NCBI GenBank assembly: GCA_009779935.1
Contig: WRAX01000006.1
Span: 21,748-85,747, forward strand
DNA: 64,000 nt
Direction of reading: 5' to 3'
Source of the DNA: Defluviitaleaceae bacterium
GTDB taxonomy: Bacteria; Bacillota; Clostridia; Lachnospirales; WRAX01
Position 1 is the first letter of the stretch. Each line of letters starts with the position of its first letter. The translations under genes and the position numbers were made by a program. Shown one piece after another: positions 10,301 to 16,833 of this stretch. Below the pieces are notes generated by a model that worked only from the letters and a program-made list of their open reading frames with translations, had not been told where the DNA came from and made no database searches.

Positions 10301-10537
10301 GACCACGGATTTAAGTACGAGGATGAAAAATGCCTTGTGCTGGCAAAGAAAATCAAAGAGCTTGTTGATGATAAATCGCAATTTGCTGACTGGGCTGTGC
10401 GTGATGATATTAAGTTTCAGCTAAACAGAGACTTGACTGTGTTGCTTTATGAGAGCGGTTATCCGCCAGAGTGGGATGAAGAAATTTTTGAGAGAGTGTT
10501 GGAACAAGCAGAGAATTTCAAAAAATGGGCGGATTAA
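7367..10537 (+). CDS. hsdR: type I restriction enzyme endonuclease/helicase subunit
   Basis: Has an N-terminal nuclease motif (PDLLLYINGIPVAIFEFKS) and SF2 helicase motifs (GATGCGKTYT, CISDEAHRTQ). 1056 aa. Confidence 0.9.
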   Translation: MDYNFVRGQFTEAELEKAIISLFEAQDYTHLRGDEIHRKLDEVLLKDDLRAYLMNQYSDLTSAEIEKIVSRLDNIPSTPLYQCNRETFLLINEGFSFLRDDANKPSIHINYINFGDQQTNVFKVVSQFAVQGEILRRPDLLLYINGIPVAIFEFKSAIREEAVIHDAWKQITIRYNRDIPKLMKYCFLAVISDGANTKMGSIFTPYEYFYAWNKINENEKASNGIASLLTMVRGAFAQDRVLAIMRDFVYYPDDSSKSEAIVARYPQFFAAQKMFENIKAHIKPHGDGKGGTYFGATGCGKTYTMLFLARLLNQHDREIFRNPTIIIITDREDLDRQTSGLFVESKRYLRDKNVRSIENRKMLQEVLAEKDSGAASGGVYLTTIQKFCEETGLLSDRENIICISDEAHRTQTGVGAKLKTTEKGVFTSYGFAKYLRDSFPNATYCGFTGTPIDETIAVFGEVVDSYTMKESSDDGITVRIAYEPRLARVILSDEQAKEIQKYYDRCTEEGSNPEQVEESKKAMSQMRKVLGHPDRLKKLAYDIVHHYEALTEQKPEIVQKAMIVCASREIAFDLWKELTALRPSWNEPKKSENDSALSKEQLEKLTPLEKIKLVATRGKDDERDMYNLLGTKEYRQMLDKQFKNDDSNFKIAIVVDMWITGFDVPSLAVIYVDKPLQKHTLIQTISRVNRVFDGKDMGLVVDYIGIKQDMLEAIKKYSKPQESPIEEITISLVVFRNHLALINELMYEFDAKNFYAGEPLERLLCLEYAAQFVQIKKDRESSFMSLSRKLKAAYDICFPTGELTDTEITQAQFYLAIRSIIYKQTKGDAPDAETMNRVVEKMVQDAITCTGIENIVNAEKPEDLFSDDFMKQLDEISLPISKFNALLKLLRKAVSGYGKVNKVKALEFDKRLRAVVESYNNRDNLVFTSEVVADFINGLSDELVKILCDLQDDKTSFESMGITYEEKAFYDILVKVRDDHGFKYEDEKCLVLAKKIKELVDDKSQFADWAVRDDIKFQLNRDLTVLLYESGYPPEWDEEIFERVLEQAENFKKWAD

Positions 10538-10571
10538 CGAGTAAATATATAGGCATCGGAGGAAGCGATAA

Positions 10572-12644
10572 ATGGTATTGAAAAAAATAAAGCTGAAGAA
10601 TTTTAGGTGCTTCGGTAGCGATGAAACTACCATTTCTTTTGATGACCTTACAGCATTTATCGGCGCAAACAGTACGGGTAAAACAGCAGCCATGCAAGCT
10701 ATTGTAAAACTCTTTGGTATGAATCAATCTGAGCGCGAGATACGTCGTTCGGATTTTCACTTAACCACAAACAAGTCACCAGATGATGATGAAACAATAA
10801 CTCTTTCGATAGAAGCTGTGTTAGAGTTCCCAGAACTTGAAGATGAAAGTATACCTACAGATGCAGTTGCCCACTTCTTCAAATATTTTGTCGTTGATGA
10901 AAAAGGACAGCCTCCTTATTTGCGAATTTTATTGGAATCAATATATACAAAGGATGGAACAATAGAAGGCGATGTTGATACTCGTTATTATTTTGTCACT
11001 TCCAGCGAAAAGTTAGCTATTGAAGAAACCGATAAGCGACCAACCCGCTACAGTTCTTTTTCGACAATAAGGTGTATTTATGTTCCTGCATTACGTAATA
11101 CAAGCGAACAGTTGAAGAATGTTTCTGGCACAATGTTGTATCGATTGTTAAACAGCATCGATTGGGAGGAAAGCTCGGCTGCGTTGGAAGGTCATATGAA
11201 GAAAGTTAATGACGAGATAGTCAAAGTCCCGGGAGTTAGTGATTTGCAAGATATTTTGCAAGGACAGTGGCACGGATTTCATAATGACGGGCGATACACT
11301 AACACAAAAATTGAGTTTAATTCTACAGACATGGAGAGCGCACTAAAAACGGCATCTATTAAATTTTCTCCTACAGAGATACCGCGCGATTATGAAATTA
11401 ACGAGCTTGGCGATGGTCTTCGTTCATTGTTTTACTTTTCTTTGGTTAATACGCTATTACGAACTGAGCAAAAGATTTTAGAATCCATTGAAAAAGGTGA
11501 TATTCAGGCAAAAGCACCAAAAATTACGCCCCCTGTTCTAACTATATTAGTTGTAGAAGAACCCGAAAATCATATATCGCCACAACTAATGGGTAGGGTT
11601 ATTAAGAACATTAAAGATATTGCTACTATCAACAATGCCCAGACGGTTCTGTCTTCACACACCCCAGCAATAATTAAGCGAATTGAGGCTACGAAAATTC
11701 GCCATTTTGGATATGGTAACGACCAAAAATGCTCAAAAGTAATGAGTGTATTGCTCCCAAAAAATGAGGATGTTGCCTATAAGTATGTGAAAGAAGCCGT
11801 GGAATCTTATCCCGAAGTTTATTTTGCAAGGCTTGTTATATTAGGCGAGGGTGATAGCGAAATGTCGCTACTACCGAAAGTAATTGAAGGTGCAAGTGAA
11901 AATATAGATGTGATGGGTATTTCTGTGGCACCGCTCGGAGGTAGGCACGTTAATCATTTTTGGAGATTACTTAACCAACTTGAAATACCACACATTACGC
12001 TCTTGGATTTAGATAGAGAGCGTAATGGCGGTGGTTGGGGGCGAATTAAATATGTCATTAAACAACTACTGGAAAATGGAATTGATAAAAGCGTATTATT
12101 CAACATAAATTGTAATGACAAACTTACTGACGACTGCTTAGAAAAAATGCACGAACGGGAGCAGTCTCGGGTAACAGATATGGATTCGTGGATTGGCTGT
12201 CTTGAAAAATACAACATATTTTTCTGCGCTCCTCTCGATTTGGATTTTTTAATGCTCGAAAAATATACAGAAACATATAAGGCAACCATCGAGAAAGGTC
12301 ATGGACCTGAAATTAAGGGTGTTGGAAAAGTAAAGGACATTGAACACTGTAAGCCGCCCAAGGAGGAGTATACGAGTCGAATAAAAAGCAGTATAAAGCA
12401 TACCCTTAAACAAGAGGGCGGTGATGGCGAAACGTATTCACATGAGCAACAGAAACTGATGGTTTGGTATGATTATCTTTTTCTAAATCGAAGCAAGCCT
12501 GTTACCCATTTGAAAGCCTTATCTTCTCTGGATTTTGATGATATTGCATTGTATCCAGAGCCATTAAATAAAATCGTGCAATATGTAAAAAAATGCTTAT
12601 TGAGGGAGATTCAAAATGGGGTTGGAGATAATATCACCCAATGA
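10572..12644 (+). CDS. OLD-family ATP-dependent endonuclease (ABC-type ATPase plus Toprim), GajA-like
   Basis: Walker A GANSTGKT, Walker B-like LVVEEPENHISP, and Toprim motifs LVILGEGDSEMSLLP and LLDLDRE. A GGAGG RBS is present. Confidence 0.8.
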   Translation: MVLKKIKLKNFRCFGSDETTISFDDLTAFIGANSTGKTAAMQAIVKLFGMNQSEREIRRSDFHLTTNKSPDDDETITLSIEAVLEFPELEDESIPTDAVAHFFKYFVVDEKGQPPYLRILLESIYTKDGTIEGDVDTRYYFVTSSEKLAIEETDKRPTRYSSFSTIRCIYVPALRNTSEQLKNVSGTMLYRLLNSIDWEESSAALEGHMKKVNDEIVKVPGVSDLQDILQGQWHGFHNDGRYTNTKIEFNSTDMESALKTASIKFSPTEIPRDYEINELGDGLRSLFYFSLVNTLLRTEQKILESIEKGDIQAKAPKITPPVLTILVVEEPENHISPQLMGRVIKNIKDIATINNAQTVLSSHTPAIIKRIEATKIRHFGYGNDQKCSKVMSVLLPKNEDVAYKYVKEAVESYPEVYFARLVILGEGDSEMSLLPKVIEGASENIDVMGISVAPLGGRHVNHFWRLLNQLEIPHITLLDLDRERNGGGWGRIKYVIKQLLENGIDKSVLFNINCNDKLTDDCLEKMHEREQSRVTDMDSWIGCLEKYNIFFCAPLDLDFLMLEKYTETYKATIEKGHGPEIKGVGKVKDIEHCKPPKEEYTSRIKSSIKHTLKQEGGDGETYSHEQQKLMVWYDYLFLNRSKPVTHLKALSSLDFDDIALYPEPLNKIVQYVKKCLLREIQNGVGDNITQ

Positions 12645-14499
12645 GTGGGTGCCTCAAAACATAAAACTGGAAAAGGCAGCTATGGAAGCGGTTGTCAGTT
12701 CATCAAATACGTTGATAATCGCTGGTCCGGGGGCTGGTAAAACTGAAATGCTCAGTCAACGAGCTTGCTTTTTGTTGCAAACAAACACTTGCCCATCACC
12801 CAAGCGTATCCTTGCTTTGTCTTTTAAGAAAGATGCAGCAAGCAATTTATCTGAGCGTGTACTAAAGCGTTGCGGAAAGATGTTAGCCAACAGATTGGAA
12901 TCACTCACTTTTGATGCGTTCGCTAAAGAAATATTGGATAGGTTTTATATGGCATTACCCGAAAATTTTCGTCCTGCAAAGGATTACTTTGTAGACTTGA
13001 GCTCTGAACTGCTGAGAAGGGCGTATGAATTAGCTGGGTTGCCTTACGTTAGAGAGTCTGCGACAGATGATAGAACAAATATCAAAGCTCCTGTTATGAA
13101 AATTTTACTTCACGGAAATAAAAATGCGGATTTCCAGCCTGCACTTACTTTTACGACAATTTCACGTTTAGCAAATTACTTATTGAAAGAAAATCCGCTT
13201 ATAATCAAGGCTTTACAGCTTACTTATAGTCACATTTTTTTAGATGAGTTTCAAGACACTACAACCGTACAATACAATCTTGCCAAAACTTGTTTCTTGT
13301 CAACAAGCTGCATTATAACTGCTGTTGGCGACCAAAAACAACGAATTATGGGTTGGGCTGGAGCAATGTATGATGCCTTTGACAAGTTTCAACACGATTT
13401 TGGAGCTGTTGAAAAAGCTTTAGTCATGAATCATCGTTCGGTGCCTAAGTTGGTCAAAGCCCAGTACCAGTTGTACAATATATTGTCCTCATCTGATTTA
13501 ACGGCTAATGCCAACGTCAGTTTGCACACAAGTGAGGGCTGCATAATGTCACATACGTTCGCATCGCAAATTGATGAATCAAAATACTTGAAAAATGACA
13601 TCAGAATCAAGTTGAAGAACGGAATACAACCACGTGATATTTGCATTTTAACAAAGCGGTCTATTAGCGAATATTGCCATGATTTGTTGGGTGACATAGA
13701 GGGGACGAATTTTGCGATTAGAGATGAAAGCGTTTACCAAGACTTATTAAAAGAAGATTTGGTGAAGGTTTTATACGCTTTTCAATTATGTGGAAAAAAG
13801 AACAGGGGAACAGCAGAAGCCTTTGAGTATCTACAAGAGCTATATTTACAATTTAACTCCGTTGAGATTGATGATGTAGATAAAGTGAATATTTGCTCTG
13901 CACAGTTAAATAAATCAATACATGACATGGGCATGAAAATGGCAAAAATCACTGGGAAAACCCCTGATGAAAAAGATGCGTTTTTGGATATACAAAATGA
14001 AATCATCAGTTTTTTTGACAAAAACAAGTTCATGAAACACTTCCCGCAGTATCAAAACGGTAATTTCTTCAACGAAACATTGCAAAAGTTTATTGACCTG
14101 CTTTGGGCTGAGTTTGAAAAATCTAATGATTGGAAAACAGCACTTTCTACCTTCGAGGGGAACTTATCTGTACCTGTTATGACGATTCATAAAAGTAAAG
14201 GTCTGGAATTTGATTGTGTTTATTTCGTAGGTTTAGAAGATAACTCATTTTTTACCTTCCAACACAATCGTAGCGAAGATATATGTGCCTTTTTTGTCGC
14301 AGTTTCAAGGGCAAAAAACGAACTGCACTTCACAAGATGCCTAAATAGAACTTCACTCAACAACAATTCTGGCGCACAGAGCATAACGACAATTAAAGCG
14401 ATTCATGATGCAATAGAAAGTATTGCCGATATAGAATTTTATGACCATACATCAAATGAAGAATTGAGTAACGACCACATAGCAACAAGCCTTATCTAA
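12616..14499 (+). CDS. UvrD/PcrA-type SF1 helicase, GajB-like
   Basis: Motifs AGPGAGKTE, FLDEFQDTT and MTIHKSKGLEFDCVYFVG. The start overlaps the upstream OLD-family gene by 29 nt. Confidence 0.8.
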   Translation: MGLEIISPNEWVPQNIKLEKAAMEAVVSSSNTLIIAGPGAGKTEMLSQRACFLLQTNTCPSPKRILALSFKKDAASNLSERVLKRCGKMLANRLESLTFDAFAKEILDRFYMALPENFRPAKDYFVDLSSELLRRAYELAGLPYVRESATDDRTNIKAPVMKILLHGNKNADFQPALTFTTISRLANYLLKENPLIIKALQLTYSHIFLDEFQDTTTVQYNLAKTCFLSTSCIITAVGDQKQRIMGWAGAMYDAFDKFQHDFGAVEKALVMNHRSVPKLVKAQYQLYNILSSSDLTANANVSLHTSEGCIMSHTFASQIDESKYLKNDIRIKLKNGIQPRDICILTKRSISEYCHDLLGDIEGTNFAIRDESVYQDLLKEDLVKVLYAFQLCGKKNRGTAEAFEYLQELYLQFNSVEIDDVDKVNICSAQLNKSIHDMGMKMAKITGKTPDEKDAFLDIQNEIISFFDKNKFMKHFPQYQNGNFFNETLQKFIDLLWAEFEKSNDWKTALSTFEGNLSVPVMTIHKSKGLEFDCVYFVGLEDNSFFTFQHNRSEDICAFFVAVSRAKNELHFTRCLNRTSLNNNSGAQSITTIKAIHDAIESIADIEFYDHTSNEELSNDHIATSLI

Positions 14500-14929
14500 A
14501 TTGCGAAATCTAACCGAATTTGCTACCCCATTCCAATGCGCTACATTTATCACAGTGGCAATTTGCCACCGCTCACAAAAATACAAACTGGGTAAAACGT
14601 ATCCATTATCACCACAGTGGAGTGTATGGAAAGGAAGTGATTTCTGCAAAAAGAAACTAAAATTGGCAGAACAACGTACATAATCAACGGAAAATATCAA
14701 GCAGAGGGTGTTGGAGGCTACTCTCTGCTTTGCTTCGTTTGATGGAAAAAGACTTGCCGAAAACAGCAAGTAGCGTTATTGAAATATGTGAAGGCAAGGA
14801 AAAGTCGTGTATCGAAAATAATTTCGATTATTTTCAAAAAACAGCGGCATTTACGCCAAGGGTATGTTATAATAAGAGCATATCTCAAAACGATTTGGTC
14901 TGTTCGCTACAAGCAAAGGAAATTTGATT

Positions 14930-15594
14930 GAAGCTTACGAGCAGCTAATGGACTTCATTTCACGCCACACACTTGACAGATTTTTCCTTGTGGGCAACCA
15001 GCGTGTTAGTGTGTGTCTTGGATTGCGCGTGAGCTCGTGAGCAATATTCTTGTCCATAGGGAATTTAGCAGAGGATATATGGCACGAATCATCATCGAAA
15101 AAGACCGCATACTTGCGGAAAACTGGAACAGGCCGACACGCTCGGGGCGATTGACCCTCGAAGGCTTTAAGCCCGACCCCAAAAATCCATTGCTTGCGCA
15201 TTTTTTTATTCAAATCGGACGGGCTGATGTGCTTGGCTCGGGTGTTCGTAATTTATATAAATACACGCAGATATATTCGGGCGGAGAACCACAGCTTATT
15301 GAAGACGATATTTTTACAACAATCATTCCGTTGAAATCAGAAACAAATGGGAAGATAGAGGAAGTTAGAAAGGAAGTTATAGCGGAAGTAAATTTGTCGC
15401 AAGAAAAACTAAATAACTTGCTTGAATACTGCATTACGCCAAAGAGCAGAAAAGAGATGCAAGATTTTTGCGGTATAAAATCCGACGAACATTTTCGCTC
15501 AACGGTGGTTAAACCAATGCTACACCTCGGTCTAATTAAAATGACAAGCCCAAATAAACCAAAAAGTAGAAGCCAGAAGTATTATAAGGCGTGA
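14930..15594 (+). pseudogene. 5'-truncated, frameshifted remnant of an ATP-binding putative DNA-binding protein (HATPase_c_4 type)
   Basis: EAYEQLMDFISRHTLDRFFLVGNQRVS is in one frame (about 14935-15020). ARELVSNILVHREFSRGYMARIIIEKDRILAENWNRP... continues in another (15013-15594). No N-terminal domain is present upstream. Confidence 0.55.
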
Positions 15595-15618
15595 AAACAA
15601 GCGCAAAGGAGGACACCT

Positions 15619-16089
15619 ATGGGAACCAACTACTATTTTAGAAAAAAAGACGTTGATATGCCTCGGTTATATGCAATCGTCGATGCTTTGAATGCGGAGT
15701 GCAAAGTATTAGTCGCAAAGTATAACGAATTGTTGAATGAAGCGCGGCGTGAAATGGGCATCGGATACAAGCGTGAACTTGAACATTGGAACACTTACAT
15801 CTTGCCTGATGAAGGTGATGATATTGGCGATATTCATGTTGGGAAAATTTCCTATGGCTGGAAGCCGCTGATGAAGGCTGGCGAACATTTTCATTCTATC
15901 GAAACATTGCAGCGATGGTATGAGCAAAACAGGGGTGAGTATATCTTTATTGACGAATACGGCAAAACTAATTTACTTGAGGAATATTTGCTTGAAATCC
16001 GCAAAAGAAACGAGGATGCACAGAACAAAACTCATGATTACCCGATAGGTGCGGACGGATTTGAATGGACGAGCAGAGAGTTTTGTTAA
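15619..16089 (+). CDS. hypothetical protein
   Basis: A 156-aa ORF with a strong AAGGAGG RBS. No family recognised. Confidence 0.6.
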   Translation: MGTNYYFRKKDVDMPRLYAIVDALNAECKVLVAKYNELLNEARREMGIGYKRELEHWNTYILPDEGDDIGDIHVGKISYGWKPLMKAGEHFHSIETLQRWYEQNRGEYIFIDEYGKTNLLEEYLLEIRKRNEDAQNKTHDYPIGADGFEWTSREFC

Positions 16090-16161
16090 GGAAGAAGCTA
16101 ACCACTTTTTAAGCTGAACGTGTGGCGCATAAGTGCGCATTATAAACTTATAGTCATGTGC

Positions 16162-16373
16162 TTTCTAAGTTTTGCCGAAAAGTTTCTAAGTTTTGCCCGA
16201 AACTTTATAATTTTTCCTGTTTTTGATGTGCTACAATATATGTGAGGGGAACTGTGGGAAGGACTTGTTTGCGAGGTGTCTAAGAATTTCTAAAAATGTA
16301 TAAGAAGTGTCTGAGGATGTCTAAGAAAGTATAAGAATTGTCTATGGATTTCTGGTTTTTGCTGTGCTATGAT
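16162..16373 (+). promoter_or_regulatory. repeat-rich control region: direct repeats, iteron-like array and two near-identical extended -10 promoter modules
   Basis: tttctaagttttgcc(c)gaaa occurs twice (16162-16202). TTTTTGaTGTGCTAcAAT (16220-16237) and TTTTTGcTGTGCTAtGAT (16356-16373) are near-identical modules. About seven GT(C/A)TAAGAA-like units at roughly 10-11 nt spacing lie at 16276-16350. Confidence 0.4.
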
Positions 16374-16379
16374 TAAAAT

Positions 16380-16486
16380 GCGGAGGAATGCCGAAGAATT
16401 GATTTGATGTGTAGATTCTCTGCCTTTTTATTTCCCACATAAATTTGTTTTCAACCACCATTCCCTACCGGGTTGGTGGTTTTTTA
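16380..16486 (+). ncRNA. candidate small transcript (second promoter module to intrinsic terminator)
   Basis: The TGcTATGAT element ends at 16373 and a strong terminator lies at 16453-16486. Only tiny ORFs fall between them. Confidence 0.2.
16453..16486 (+). terminator. rho-independent terminator
   Basis: An 8-bp stem, aaccacca (16453-16460) with tggtggtt (16474-16481), running into a T-run. Confidence 0.6.
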
Positions 16487-16563
16487 TTGCCCTCAAAAAT
16501 CTAAATGGGCAAGCGTGACCGTTAGCATTGGCTATAGCGGGCGTTGTGAAAAGGAGATGATTC

Positions 16564-16815
16564 ATGCAAGGAAACGACAAGAAAATGGGTGCTACGAAAA
16601 GAGAGTCAAGCATACCTTTTAACAGGGGTGATGCTATGGTTAAAGTTACCACGCCAATCTGTGGGGCGAATGACCTTGCCTTTGCGCATTGGCAGCAGTA
16701 CGCTAACGAAAAGGCCTATGAGGCGAAATTGATTACAAAAGCGATGTATGAATTTGCACGGGATGAAATACATAAAACTATTGCACTCCTGTCCGAAGTG
16801 CGCTACAATGTATAG
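16564..16815 (+). CDS. small protein immediately upstream of the recombinase; candidate accessory or directionality factor
   Basis: An 83-aa ORF with an AAAGGAG RBS, ending 19 nt before the recombinase start. No family recognised. Confidence 0.5.
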   Translation: MQGNDKKMGATKRESSIPFNRGDAMVKVTTPICGANDLAFAHWQQYANEKAYEAKLITKAMYEFARDEIHKTIALLSEVRYNV

Positions 16816-16833
16816 TAAAGGCAGGTGTGTGTT

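Noticed and set aside
16435-16448. A CATAAATT sequence identical to the putative spoIVA sigmaE -10, as a sporulation promoter for the recombinase region
   Set aside because: No matching -35 element (ATATT) lies at the required spacing, and the sequence sits just upstream of a terminator hairpin.
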